Notes: generated from the letters alone by a model not told the origin. A stretch of DNA of 64,000 nt from Dehalococcoidia bacterium (GCA_965219405.1 OZ244736.1:1354064-1418063); one strand, 5' to 3'. Numbered from the stretch's first letter, positions 31,691 to 41,756 are shown. Made by a program: numbers and translations.

Positions 31691-32399
31691 GCCAAGTCGC
31701 CGCCGTGGAAAGAAAACTCTCGGCCCGCCTGAACTCTACGACCGACTCTTCGCCGCGTATGGTGAGCAGCATTGGTGGCCGGGCGAGACGCCGTTTGAGG
31801 TGATAGTCGGGGCGATTCTGACGCAGAACACGGCGTGGACGAACGTGGAGAAGGCGATTTCTGCGCTGCGGGAGGCCGATGCTCTGAACCCGGAGGCGCT
31901 GCGTACACAGCCACTCGAAGACCTTGCCGCCCTGATCCGCTCGTCCGGGTATTTCAACGCCAAGGCTCGCAAACTCCAGGCGCTCGGAGATTATCTTGCC
32001 GGCTATGACGATGACATTGAGAGACTGTTCGCTTCCAAGCCCCTCGACGAACTGCGAGAGGAGCTTTTGGCCCTCCATGGCGTTGGGCCGGAGACGGCGG
32101 ATTCAATGCTGCTTTACGCCGGAAACCTGCCGTCGTTCGTCATCGACGCCTACACGATCCGCGTGCTGGGTCGGCTGGGCATTATCGATGCAGAGTCCAG
32201 GCCCACATATGACACCGTGCGCGCTCTTTTTCATAGATCGCTGCCGACAGACGTGCAGCTGTTCAATGAGTATCACGCGCTATTCGTGGCGCATGGCAAG
32301 GACGTGTGCAAGTCCCGAAAGCCGCTCTGCTCAGAATGCGTGCTGTTGGAGGACTGCCCGGCAGCCCCGGGATTCCTGAGTACGGAGCCCTTGAACTAG
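31677..32399 (+). CDS. endonuclease III-like HhH-GPD base-excision repair protein with C-terminal Fe-S cysteines
   Basis: HhH-GPD signature LLALHGVGPETADSMLLYA and CKSRKPLCSECVLLEDC. The start may be ATG 31653 or GTG 31677. Confidence 0.65.
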   Translation: MTTNRPSRRRGKKTLGPPELYDRLFAAYGEQHWWPGETPFEVIVGAILTQNTAWTNVEKAISALREADALNPEALRTQPLEDLAALIRSSGYFNAKARKLQALGDYLAGYDDDIERLFASKPLDELREELLALHGVGPETADSMLLYAGNLPSFVIDAYTIRVLGRLGIIDAESRPTYDTVRALFHRSLPTDVQLFNEYHALFVAHGKDVCKSRKPLCSECVLLEDCPAAPGFLSTEPLN

Positions 32400-33310
32400 T
32401 CGGTGCGGCGGTCGTCACCGATTGGGTACACGTCCGTCAGGAACTGATAGAAGTCTGAGTCGAGCGGAACCACAAGGGTTGTGCCGTCCGTCAAGGAAAC
32501 TTCATATGCTTCAAGGGTTCTGACGAAGTGGTAGAAATCGCGGTCGGTGTCAATGGCTCGACCCTGGATTCCGATGGCCTCCGCTTCACCTTCACCACGA
32601 ATGGTCCGGGCGCGCTCGTTGGCCTCCGCGAGAATCTGGGCGCGCTGCAGATCGGCTTCAGCCTCAATCTTGGCCCTTTCCTCTTCACCTTCGGCGCGGA
32701 AGCGGTTGGCGATACGGATTCGCTCGGAGCGCATTCGGTCGTAGACGCTGTTTGCCACCTCAGCCGGGAAGTCCGCGCCGACGATGCGGACGTCAACAAC
32801 AGACAAGCCGAATTCCTGTGCTTTGATGTCGCTGCGCTCTGTGACGTTGCGCATGAGAGACTCACGGTTATCCCGGATGACTTCGATCTGATCGTGCGTA
32901 GCGACTTCCTCGCGGATTTCCGAGGAGATGATGGCCTCCAACCTGCCTCGAGCGCCTAACTCAGTGCGGACGACCTCGAAGAACTGCCGGGCGTTGATAA
33001 TGCGGTAACGGGCGTAGGAGTCGATGATGAGAGCCTTCTTCTCGGCGGTGAGGAATTCGGACGGCTCCGAGTCAAACCGCAGTAGGCGCTTTTCTATCCG
33101 GTGTACTGATTCAATGAACGGCGTCTTGAAGCGGAGGCCGGGTTCGGTAGCCTCACGTCGATACTCTCCGAGGCGGGTAATAATGACCTGCTCAGTCTCG
33201 TCGACCACATAGACGCTCTGACTGAGAAGAATAAGGAGAGCGCCGCCTAGCAAGACCAGGGTAATGCTGAACAGTCGCTGTATGTTCGGGCGTCCGTTGC
33301 GCTGCTGCAT
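32396..33310 (-). CDS. hflC: FtsH protease modulator HflC (SPFH/band 7)
   Basis: 304 aa, N-terminal TM, SPFH domain. Immediately downstream of hflK. Confidence 0.8.
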   Translation of the reverse strand: MQQRNGRPNIQRLFSITLVLLGGALLILLSQSVYVVDETEQVIITRLGEYRREATEPGLRFKTPFIESVHRIEKRLLRFDSEPSEFLTAEKKALIIDSYARYRIINARQFFEVVRTELGARGRLEAIISSEIREEVATHDQIEVIRDNRESLMRNVTERSDIKAQEFGLSVVDVRIVGADFPAEVANSVYDRMRSERIRIANRFRAEGEEERAKIEAEADLQRAQILAEANERARTIRGEGEAEAIGIQGRAIDTDRDFYHFVRTLEAYEVSLTDGTTLVVPLDSDFYQFLTDVYPIGDDRRTD

Positions 33311-33312
33311 GA

Positions 33313-34449
33313 CTAGGCCCCCGTCGATTCCTGGTCAGTCAGCGGCAGGAATGGCAGGACGTTGGCGCCGATTTCATCGTCGATGACGATAACGTCGACC
33401 CTCGGGAGGATACGCTCCATCATTTCGATATAGAGGCGGCGACGCGTTGCTTCGGGGTGGCTGCGGTACTCTCGCAGTCGCTCAAGGAACCGGCTGGCAT
33501 TACCTGTTGCCTCACGTACGCGTTCCACCTTGAAAGCCTCGGCTGCCTGGACAACGCGTGCGGCCTCACCACGGGCACGGGGGACGATGTCTTCCCGATA
33601 CGCCTCGCCTTCGTTGATGAATCGGGCGCGGTCCTCACGGGCGCTGATGACGTCCTTGAACGCCTCCTGTACTTCGTCGGGCGGCTGGACGTCCTGCAAC
33701 TGCACGTTAATGACCATGATCCCGGTGCCGTAGTCATCCAGCAGCCGCTGCAACAGCTGCTGCGTTTCAACTTGAACGACTTCCTTGCCGGTTGTCAGCA
33801 CATCATCAATGGGGCGCTGCCCCACGACCTGCCTGAGTGCCGAGGCCGTGGCGTCTCGCAGTGTTTCCCCGTCGGGGCGTCCACCCTCTGACGGATCCTT
33901 GACGTTGAAGAGGAATGCGCCGGCGTCACGGATACGGTACTGAACAACCAACTGAGCATCGACGAGGTTCTCGTCGCCGGTGATCATGCGCGACTCGGCA
34001 GACCTCTGAACGGCGCCCTCACCGGAACCGATCTCTCCGACGCTTCGGAATCCAAGCTCCATGCTCTGGACGCGTTGAATGCTCAATACGTCCTGGCGCT
34101 CCACAGGCCAGGGAACATGCCAGTGCAGCCCCTCTGTCTGTTGATCACCGTTCCAGTTTCCGAAAGTTCGGACGATGGCAACTTCTCCGGGGTTGACGAT
34201 GTAGATGCCGGAGCCAAGCCACACGAGGACGATGACTGCAAGAAGGATTCCGCCGATGCGGCCAATGGGGACGGAAGGGCGAGGGGCTCCACCGTCGATC
34301 GGGGGTCTTTGGCTACCCTGGCCATTACCTGAGCCGCTCCCCCTCAGTCGGTTGATCAGGTCACGAATCGGGCGCAAAAGCTCATCGAGCTCGCTGTCAC
34401 CCTCTCTGCGAGGTTGTCGCTGATAGCCCATGACGCGTGGAAACCGCAC
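33313..34449 (-). CDS. hflK: FtsH protease modulator HflK (SPFH/band 7)
   Basis: 378 aa, SPFH domain, hflK-hflC tandem. Confidence 0.8.
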   Translation of the reverse strand: MRFPRVMGYQRQPRREGDSELDELLRPIRDLINRLRGSGSGNGQGSQRPPIDGGAPRPSVPIGRIGGILLAVIVLVWLGSGIYIVNPGEVAIVRTFGNWNGDQQTEGLHWHVPWPVERQDVLSIQRVQSMELGFRSVGEIGSGEGAVQRSAESRMITGDENLVDAQLVVQYRIRDAGAFLFNVKDPSEGGRPDGETLRDATASALRQVVGQRPIDDVLTTGKEVVQVETQQLLQRLLDDYGTGIMVINVQLQDVQPPDEVQEAFKDVISAREDRARFINEGEAYREDIVPRARGEAARVVQAAEAFKVERVREATGNASRFLERLREYRSHPEATRRRLYIEMMERILPRVDVIVIDDEIGANVLPFLPLTDQESTGA

Positions 34450-34505
34450 TAGAGGGTGCGTCCCGCGCTTGCCGAGAAAAACAGAGTGAATGCTTTCACA
34501 CTCCC

Positions 34506-34511
34506 ATTATA
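34506..34511 (-). promoter_or_regulatory. candidate -10 element (TATAAT) upstream of hflK
   Basis: Perfect TATAAT on the minus strand about 55 nt upstream of the hflK start. The -35 is weak. Confidence 0.3.
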
Positions 34512-34579
34512 AGCAGATTGGGAGCGTGGTAGGGGAGATTGCACGCCTTGAAGATCCTGCCTTTTGAAGGATTTGGGGG

Positions 34580-36736
34580 CTAACCGGACCCGGAGTCTTC
34601 CGCGGCGGCAGCGGCGGACTCCGGCTCGTCGATGGTCTGAACGATCATCTCTGAGAGATCAAGAACACGCATGGTCTCGTCCTGGCCGGTTACGCGCACA
34701 CCGTCCTCAAACATCTGGGCGCAGAACGGGCAGGCGACGGCGATGACATCGGCTCCCGCCTCAATGGCGTGGCGCGTGCGTCGGTGGTTGATCTTCTCAT
34801 TACCGGGGCCGTCTTCCATCCACATGTGTCCGCCGCCCGCGCCACAGCAGAATGCGCGGTTGCGGTTCATCCCCATCTCCGTGACCTTGTCGATGCCGGG
34901 GATGGCATCCGCGACGTCACGCGGCGCATCGTAGACGCCGTTGTGCCTCCCGAGGTAGCAAGGATCGTGGTAGGTGACGGTGCCAAACGTTGGCCCCTGT
35001 CTGGTCTGATCAAGCGTCAGCCTGCCTTCCGCGATGAGACCTTGGAGGTACTGGGTGTGGTGCATAACACGGTAGTTGCCGCCGAACTCCGGATACTCGT
35101 TGGCGAGAGTGTTGAAGCAGTGCGGGCAGGTGGTGACGATGGTCTTGACACCGTAACGATCCAGCGTCTCCACGTTCTGCATGGCCTGGAGCTGGAACAG
35201 GTACTCCATGCCGATGCGCCGGGCGGGGTCTCCGGTGCAGGACTCTTCGTCGCCGAGGATGGCGAACTTGATTCCGGCGTTGATGAGGATGCGGCCAGTG
35301 GCACGGGCGATGCGCATGGAGCGGTCTTCCATGGAGGCGGCGCAACCGACCCAATACAGAACTTCCAACTCCTCGGGGTTTTCAACCTCGGATATGAGTG
35401 GGACGTCGAGTCCCTCCGCCCATTCCGTGCGGGTGCGGCTCATGCCGCTCCACGGATGTCCCCGTGTTTCGAGGCTACGCAACGCGGCCTCCGCCGTCTC
35501 CGGCAAGCGACCTTCGTTCATAACCAGTGCGCGGCGCATCTCAACAATTGTAGGGACGTGTTCGATAAAGACGGGGCAGGCCTCCATACATGCGCCGCAC
35601 GTGACACATGACCAGAGGTCTTCTTCGTCAACGACCTCACCGGCAGGGGCCATGATGAGTTCCTGATCAACCTTGGATTCATCGCCGCCCGCTTTATAGA
35701 GAGCATCGCCGTAGGAACTGACGTACCCCTTGAGGTTCTGGATGACCATCATCGGCGAGAGCGTCTTGCCGGTGATGTTGGCAGGGCAGTTGTCCGTGCA
35801 GCGGCTGCAACGCGTGCAGGCGTCGCCGTCCATCAACTGCTTCCATGTGAAATCGGTTAGAGTGGCCGCGCCAAATGTCTCACGCGTTTCAAGGTTAGGG
35901 ATGGCCTGCAGCTTTCCGCGCGGCTCAAGGTTGCGGAAGAACCAGTTGGCGGGAGAGATCCACGTGTGGCTGAACTTGGACAGAGTGAACGCGGCGTAGA
36001 GAAGGGAACCCAGGACGGTGAACGAGTGTGCCCACCAGAGGCCGCGATAGACTGTCTCCGCAGTTGCGGCGCTGATGCCGCCAACCTCGTGGAAGAAAGC
36101 GGCAAATGCAAAGCCGCCGGGCGACCAGATCGCCCAGTCCGGATGGTCGAGGTATTCGATGCCGAATGATGTATTTCCCAGCTGTCTGAGTCCTTCCAGT
36201 CCGAATCCCTGGAAGATCAGGAGGATGGCCAGCGTAAGGATGATCTTGTCATCCAGTAAGCCGGGCGCATGTGGCTTCTGGATGGCGGAGCGGCGGAATA
36301 TCGCCATCGTGAGGCCGGTGAGGGCCATGAGTCCGCCGATGTCCCACGCGAGTGACGAATAGAGATACCAGTTGCCAACCGGCCAGGACAGGATGTCCTG
36401 GTGGGCCAGCGGGTAGAGGAACTCTTCTTCAATGGTGCCGACCGTGGTGCCAAGGAAAAGCATCGAAGCGCCCCAGAAGATGAGGAGGTGCATGAGGCCG
36501 GCGTAACGATCACGCAGGAACTTCTCATGGCCGTAGCCCTGGGTGACGAGGAGGCGGGCGAAGGCGAGACCGCGGGTTACGGGGTTGCCGAGCCGGTCAG
36601 CGGGTTGTCCGAGCTTCCAGAGCTGCGCACGCTCATAGAGTCGGTAGAAGATGTAGGCGACCGCTAATCCAGCGAGCGCGAACAGGATCCACTTGAGGTC
36701 GCCAATCGTCCAGAGAAATTCCTTTTCAGGGGTCAC
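34580..36736 (-). CDS. membrane-bound (Fe-S)-binding oxidoreductase, EtfD-like (NarI-like TM domain + 2x[4Fe-4S] + two CCG domains; putative ETF:quinone oxidoreductase)
   Basis: 718 aa. N-terminal polytopic membrane region with conserved His. CTRCSRCTDNCP and CVTCGACMEACP ferredoxin motifs. CCG-domain cysteines (TTCPHC.., FCCGAGGG). Divergent from etfBA. Confidence 0.65.
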   Translation of the reverse strand: MTPEKEFLWTIGDLKWILFALAGLAVAYIFYRLYERAQLWKLGQPADRLGNPVTRGLAFARLLVTQGYGHEKFLRDRYAGLMHLLIFWGASMLFLGTTVGTIEEEFLYPLAHQDILSWPVGNWYLYSSLAWDIGGLMALTGLTMAIFRRSAIQKPHAPGLLDDKIILTLAILLIFQGFGLEGLRQLGNTSFGIEYLDHPDWAIWSPGGFAFAAFFHEVGGISAATAETVYRGLWWAHSFTVLGSLLYAAFTLSKFSHTWISPANWFFRNLEPRGKLQAIPNLETRETFGAATLTDFTWKQLMDGDACTRCSRCTDNCPANITGKTLSPMMVIQNLKGYVSSYGDALYKAGGDESKVDQELIMAPAGEVVDEEDLWSCVTCGACMEACPVFIEHVPTIVEMRRALVMNEGRLPETAEAALRSLETRGHPWSGMSRTRTEWAEGLDVPLISEVENPEELEVLYWVGCAASMEDRSMRIARATGRILINAGIKFAILGDEESCTGDPARRIGMEYLFQLQAMQNVETLDRYGVKTIVTTCPHCFNTLANEYPEFGGNYRVMHHTQYLQGLIAEGRLTLDQTRQGPTFGTVTYHDPCYLGRHNGVYDAPRDVADAIPGIDKVTEMGMNRNRAFCCGAGGGHMWMEDGPGNEKINHRRTRHAIEAGADVIAVACPFCAQMFEDGVRVTGQDETMRVLDLSEMIVQTIDEPESAAAAAEDSGSG

Positions 36737-36858
36737 AGCGCCGCCCCTCCCGCCCAGTTTCGGCTGTCCTTACCGCCGTTCGGGGCAGTATAGCATGAGG
36801 TATGGGAATTTTGGCTTGATGAGGGCCGTTCACGGGGTGCTCGCCACGTTTGTGCAAT

Positions 36859-36888
36859 TTGACACTATTCAGCGCAGAATGCTATACA
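36859..36888 (+). promoter_or_regulatory. sigma70-type promoter for etfBA (TTGACA-18-TATACA)
   Basis: TTGACA 36859-36864, 18-nt spacer, TATACA 36883-36888. About 58 nt upstream of the etfB ATG. Confidence 0.5.
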
Positions 36889-36946
36889 TTTAGTGCCTCC
36901 AGACGCTGGGGGCGTTCCCTTGTAAGGCAGGTTTTTGGGGGTATGA

Positions 36947-37738
36947 ATGCGCATCATCGTTACCGTTAAACAGGTGCCCGATCCGGAGGCTCCACAGAGT
37001 TCGTTCACGGCGGATCGGGCGGCCAAGAGAGTGGCCGTTGCATCAAGCGTTCCGGCGGCCGTGAGCGACTATGACAACTATGCCACGGAGGCGGCTCTCC
37101 GCGTCAAGGAAGCCGTAGCGGATTCGACAGTAAGTGTCGTGAGCCTGGGCGAGAGCCATGTGCTGGATGTGATCAAGAGGCCGCTCGCGATGGGTGCTGA
37201 TGATCTCTTCCTGGTGCAGGATCCCGATCTGCCGAACGGCGACCCGGTGACGGTTGCTGCGGCCTTGGCGGCGGCGATTCGCAAGATTGGCGATTTCGAT
37301 CTGATTCTCTCCGGCAGGCAGTCCTCCGACCTTGACCAGGGAATCGTGGCGACGGCGCTGGCGGCCATCCTCGACATCCCCGTGCTGACCAACGCGATTG
37401 CGATTGAGGCCAGCGGAGACGAGGTGCAGATCGCCCGCATCGTCGATGACGGCATCGACACGGTGGCGGCACGGCTGCCCGCGTTGGTGACAGTGTCCAA
37501 CGAGCTCGGTCAGCCCCGGTACGCAACGATGCGCGGCATTATGGCAGCGCGGCGCGTTGATCCCACGGTGTGGGGCAAGGGCGATCTGGACGCGATGGAT
37601 GCGGCGGATCCGTTCACGGAGGTCGTTGATCTGTTTGCGCCGGAGAAGTCGACGAACGTGGAGATGATTGAGGGCGACACACCGGCGGAAGCGGCAGCGG
37701 CGCTGGCGGCGCGTCTGCGTGAAGAGCGCCTGATCTAG
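36947..37738 (+). CDS. etfB: electron transfer flavoprotein subunit beta
   Basis: 263 aa, MRIIVTVKQVPD N-terminus characteristic of EtfB. Confidence 0.85.
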   Translation: MRIIVTVKQVPDPEAPQSSFTADRAAKRVAVASSVPAAVSDYDNYATEAALRVKEAVADSTVSVVSLGESHVLDVIKRPLAMGADDLFLVQDPDLPNGDPVTVAAALAAAIRKIGDFDLILSGRQSSDLDQGIVATALAAILDIPVLTNAIAIEASGDEVQIARIVDDGIDTVAARLPALVTVSNELGQPRYATMRGIMAARRVDPTVWGKGDLDAMDAADPFTEVVDLFAPEKSTNVEMIEGDTPAEAAAALAARLREERLI

Positions 37739-37794
37739 CCGCCACCCACTATAGAGAAGATTCCGGATTACGGAACTGAGAAGGAGAACGACAC

Positions 37795-38793
37795 ATGGCC
37801 GGTGAGAACGGCATTCTTATCGTTGCGGAGACGGGTGCGGACGGGTCTCTTCTTTCAATCACGAACGAGTTGATGTCTGCGGCGCAGGGTCTGTCCGCGG
37901 ATCTGGGCGAGCCGATTTCGGCGGCGCTGATTGGAAGCGGCATCGGTTCCCGCGCGCAGGACGTTATTGACCTCGGCGCGGACACCGTATACACGGTGGA
38001 TGGTGATCAGTTCGCCAACTACCTCAATGAGACGTACACGCCTGCTGTGATTGCTATCGCGGCACAGGCGAATCCGCGCATCATCCTTATTGGCCACACG
38101 CCGAACGGGCGCGATTTGGGTCCATATCTTGCAGTGCGACTGCAAACAGGTATCGCGTCGGATACCTCCGGCCTGAGCATTGTCGACGGCCAGCTACAGG
38201 CTGCACGATCCGTCGCAGGCGGCCTGTTCCGCCAAGTCGTCTCGTTCCCGAAGATGCCCGCCATCGCGACAGTTCACATGAAGGCATATGATGGCGCGGA
38301 GCCGCAGAGCGGTCGCTCCGGCAACGTGGTCAATGTTGATGTCGGCTTGGACGCCTCCTCAGTACGGTCCCGGTTCGTCAAGCATGAAGAGGCACAGGTC
38401 GCGGGTATCCGCCTTGAGGACGCGACGATCATCGTCACCGGTGGGCGTGGCATGGGCGACGAGGCCGGGTTCAACGAGCTCTATAAGCTACAAGCGTTGC
38501 TGCCGCAGTCCGCGGTGGGCGCGACGCGCGCGGCGACGGACTCCGGTTTCTGTGAGCAAGATCTGATGATTGGCATCACGGGTCGCGTTGTTTCGCCGGA
38601 CGTGTACATCGCAATCGCGTTGTCCGGCGCAAGCCAGCACATGGCGGGCTGCTCCGGCTCCAAGAACATCGTGGCGATCAACCGCGACCCGGAGGCCAAC
38701 ATCTTCAGCGAGTCGCGCTTCGGCGTGGTCGGTGACTACAAGCAGGTTCTGCCGGCGCTCATTGAAGAGGTTCAGAAACTGATGCAAGGCTGA
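37795..38793 (+). CDS. etfA: electron transfer flavoprotein subunit alpha
   Basis: 332 aa. C-terminal FAD-binding region (..GISGASQHMAG..) typical of EtfA. Confidence 0.85.
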   Translation: MAGENGILIVAETGADGSLLSITNELMSAAQGLSADLGEPISAALIGSGIGSRAQDVIDLGADTVYTVDGDQFANYLNETYTPAVIAIAAQANPRIILIGHTPNGRDLGPYLAVRLQTGIASDTSGLSIVDGQLQAARSVAGGLFRQVVSFPKMPAIATVHMKAYDGAEPQSGRSGNVVNVDVGLDASSVRSRFVKHEEAQVAGIRLEDATIIVTGGRGMGDEAGFNELYKLQALLPQSAVGATRAATDSGFCEQDLMIGITGRVVSPDVYIAIALSGASQHMAGCSGSKNIVAINRDPEANIFSESRFGVVGDYKQVLPALIEEVQKLMQG

Positions 38794-38828
38794 GCTTCTC
38801 AGCTAGTTCCCAAACGGGCGAAAAACAT

Positions 38829-38866
38829 CGGGGCGGCTCACGGAGCCGCCCCGACTTCGTTTTGGC
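38829..38866 (+). terminator. intrinsic terminator after etfA
   Basis: CGGGGCGGCTC acg GAGCCGCCCCG perfect 11-bp stem followed by a T-rich run (CTTCGTTTTGG). Confidence 0.6.
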
Positions 38867-38893
38867 TGTGGCGCTGGTTTTTTCGATCAGTGC

Positions 38894-39310
38894 CTAGTTG
38901 TCCGCCGTTTCCAGTTCTTCAAGGAATTCGGCGGTGGTGACGATGCGGGCATTGGCGTAGGTGTGAAGGGGGAGGAGGTGACGCCTGTCACCGGTGACGA
39001 GGAAGTCCGCGTTGGCGGCCGCGACGCAGTCGAGGATTAGGTCATCAGAGGCGTGGCCGGACACTCCGATGGCGGCGCGCGGCGGGTGGATAATGGTCGC
39101 TGCTATCCTGAAGTCGCTTATGATTTCCGCTACTTGATATTGGGTCCAGCCGAATTTTGCGGTCAAGACGCCGGCGAGTTCAGTAAGGATTGAATTGGAA
39201 ATGGAGAGCGAGAACCGACCTTGGGCAGCCAAATCCAGAATCTGGGAGGGGATGCCGCCTTGCCTGGTTAGACCTGAGACGAGGATATTTGTATCTAAGA
39301 CAACAATCAT
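38894..39310 (-). CDS. vapC: type II toxin VapC (PIN domain ribonuclease)
   Basis: 138 aa, MIVVLDTNIL PIN N-terminus with acidic residues. 4-nt overlap with the upstream RHH gene. Confidence 0.7.
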   Translation of the reverse strand: MIVVLDTNILVSGLTRQGGIPSQILDLAAQGRFSLSISNSILTELAGVLTAKFGWTQYQVAEIISDFRIAATIIHPPRAAIGVSGHASDDLILDCVAAANADFLVTGDRRHLLPLHTYANARIVTTAEFLEELETADN

Positions 39311-39564
39311 TCCTGCGCCGCGGCGACCTCGGCGCGATATTCGTGAATCAGGTCGTCAACGTCATCAGGTTCAATCCCCAGTTCCTTGGCTCGGGCCGCG
39401 CCGTATCTGCGAAACTCATCCAGATTCTGGAGCAAGATAAACCTGCCCACTGCCTTGCGGAGGAATTCGCTGCGGGAGCAGCTTTCAGACTTGGCGGCCT
39501 CGTTGATGCGGTCGGCGAGTTCCTTAGGGACGGTGAAGGTGATTCTTTCTGTTACCTGTGCCAT
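39307..39564 (-). CDS. vapB: type II antitoxin, ribbon-helix-helix (CopG/VapB-like)
   Basis: 85 aa. ITFTVPKELADRINEAAK..SRSEFLRKAV RHH fold. Overlaps vapC. Confidence 0.6.
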   Translation of the reverse strand: MAQVTERITFTVPKELADRINEAAKSESCSRSEFLRKAVGRFILLQNLDEFRRYGAARAKELGIEPDDVDDLIHEYRAEVAAAQE

Positions 39565-39610
39565 TGCCAGATGCCCTTCAGTCGATTTGCGTTTTCCTGT
39601 TTACAGTATG

Positions 39611-39650
39611 GCCAAAACGTCAACGGGGCGCTCCCGGCGGAACGCCCCGT
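39611..39650 (-). terminator. hairpin terminator candidate downstream of EF-G-like gene
   Basis: ACGGGGCG..CGCCCCGT 8-bp stem with a 12-nt loop. On the minus strand it is followed by GTTTTGG. Confidence 0.4.
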
Positions 39651-39674
39651 CCTCATGTCGGTCTTGTGCGAGTG

Positions 39675-41756
39675 CTAGGACTCCGCGCTCCCGTCGATGA
39701 TCTTTTGGGCGAGGTGCTGGGGTACCTCCTCGTAGTGAGAGAACCGCATGGTGTATGAGGCGCGGCCCTGCGTCATGGAGCGGAGCTCGGTCGAGTAGCG
39801 GAGCACTTCCGACATCGGGGCCTCGGCCTGCACGGTGGTGACCTCGTTCTCCGTCGTCATGCCCTGCACATGGGCGCGCTTGGAGTTGAGGTTGCCGATC
39901 ACGTCGCCGGTGAAGTCTTCCGGAGTGACCACTTCAAGCGTCATGACAGGCTCGAGAAGAACCGGCTGCGCCTGTTGAATGCCCTGTTTTAGGGCAGTGG
40001 ATGCAGCGATCTTGAACGCCATTTCCGATGAATCGACAGCATGGAAACTGCCGTCCACGAGCACGGCGCGCACGTCCACAATCGGGAAATGAGCGACAGC
40101 GCCCTCCGGCAGCGTTTCACGGATGCCCTTTTCGACGGCGGGTATGAAATTCTTGGGCACCGCGCCGCCAACGACCTTCTCGCCGAACTCAAAGCCGACG
40201 CCCCGATCCAGGGGTTCCAGTTGAAGGACAACATGGCCGTATTGACCATGGCCACCGGTTTGCTTCTTGTGTTTGTATTCAGCGCGCGTTGAGATGCGGA
40301 TCGTCTCGCGGTAGGGCACCTTGGGGGTGCCGGTCTCCACTTCCACGCCAAACTTCCGCGCCAGCTTGTGAACGGCAACATCGATGTGGGAATCGCCGAG
40401 GCCGGAGACGATGATCTCATGCGTGTCGCTCTCGCGGGTCATGGTGAGGCTTGGGTCCTCTTCAAGCAGTCTCGCGAGAGCAGGGCCCATCTTGTCCTGG
40501 TCGGCCTTGGTCTTGGCTTCAACGGCCACGCTGAAGATTGGCTCCGGGAACTGAATGGCGGGGAGGACGATGCCAGCCTCACGGGTTGAAAGAGTATCGC
40601 CGGTGCGGGAGACGCCGAGTTTGGCGACCGCGCCGAGGTCTCCCGGCGCGAGGCTGTCCACGTTCGCGTGCTCCTTGCCGATGGGGACGATGATCTGGGC
40701 GACGCGCTCTTGCTGGCCCTGAGCCGTATTCCACGCCTGGCTGTTCGTGTGCATGGTGCCTGACTGGACGCGGAAGTAGGAGAGTTTGCCAACGAATGGG
40801 TCCGCCGTGGTCTTGAAGATGAGGGCGGCGAGCGGGCCGTCCGCGTCCGGCGTGATGGTCGCTTCTTCGCCGGAGGCAGTCTGGGCGGAGGGGGCGTCCA
40901 CGTCCGTAGGGCCTGGCGTCAGATTGGCAAGCGCGTTCAGGAGGGCGTCCGTTCCCGCGCCTGCCTGGGCCGCTGCGGAGAACACCGGGAAAACCTGGTG
41001 AGACTTGATGCCGGCGCGGAGGGCGGCCATCAACTCATCATCCGAGATGTCCTCACCCTCGAGGTACTTGGTGGCGAGGTCATCGTCCGCCTCTGCGGCG
41101 GCCTCAATGACCTGCTCGCGGTAGGAGTCGATGTCCACTCCCATGTCGTCGGTCACGTCTGATTCTGTGCCGTCCTCCAGGTACGCCTTTTTGTTCAGCA
41201 CATCGACGACCCCACGGAATGAATCACCCGTGCCGATGGGAACGATGACGGGGGCGCAGCCGTTTCCGTAGCGCCCGCGAGCCGTCGCAAAAACCGCATC
41301 GAAGTCGGCGTTTTCGCGGTCCATTTTGCCAAGGACGAGCAAGCGGGCGAGGCCGCGCTCTGATGCTCTCCTCCACGCGGCGTCCGTGCCGACCTGCGGG
41401 CCGGTGGAGGCATCGATCGCGATGAGGGCTGAATCGGCGACGAGCAATCCGCTGAGCATCTCGCCGAGGAAGTCCATGTAACCGGGCGTGTCGAGGACGT
41501 TGAGTTTTTTGTCGGCCCATTCCACGGGCAGAACGGACAGGTTGACGGATCCGCCCCGGCGCTCCTCTTCGGGTTCGAAGTCGGAGGCCGTGGTGCCGTC
41601 CTCGATCTTCCCCATTCGACTCAGCGCGCCTGATCGAAACAGCAGGCGCTCTGCGAGCGTCGTCTTGCCGTCCCCGTTGTGTCCCAGGAGCACGATGTTG
41701 CGAATGTCGGATGTCGAGTAGTTCTGCATTCCCCTCCCCCCAACTTGCCGGTACAC
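39675..41756 (-). CDS. elongation factor G paralog (EF-G2-like translational GTPase)
   Basis: 693 aa. G1 GHNGDGKTT, G3 DTPGYMDF, G4 GKMD. Five-domain EF-G architecture. Confidence 0.75.
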   Translation of the reverse strand: MYRQVGGRGMQNYSTSDIRNIVLLGHNGDGKTTLAERLLFRSGALSRMGKIEDGTTASDFEPEEERRGGSVNLSVLPVEWADKKLNVLDTPGYMDFLGEMLSGLLVADSALIAIDASTGPQVGTDAAWRRASERGLARLLVLGKMDRENADFDAVFATARGRYGNGCAPVIVPIGTGDSFRGVVDVLNKKAYLEDGTESDVTDDMGVDIDSYREQVIEAAAEADDDLATKYLEGEDISDDELMAALRAGIKSHQVFPVFSAAAQAGAGTDALLNALANLTPGPTDVDAPSAQTASGEEATITPDADGPLAALIFKTTADPFVGKLSYFRVQSGTMHTNSQAWNTAQGQQERVAQIIVPIGKEHANVDSLAPGDLGAVAKLGVSRTGDTLSTREAGIVLPAIQFPEPIFSVAVEAKTKADQDKMGPALARLLEEDPSLTMTRESDTHEIIVSGLGDSHIDVAVHKLARKFGVEVETGTPKVPYRETIRISTRAEYKHKKQTGGHGQYGHVVLQLEPLDRGVGFEFGEKVVGGAVPKNFIPAVEKGIRETLPEGAVAHFPIVDVRAVLVDGSFHAVDSSEMAFKIAASTALKQGIQQAQPVLLEPVMTLEVVTPEDFTGDVIGNLNSKRAHVQGMTTENEVTTVQAEAPMSEVLRYSTELRSMTQGRASYTMRFSHYEEVPQHLAQKIIDGSAES

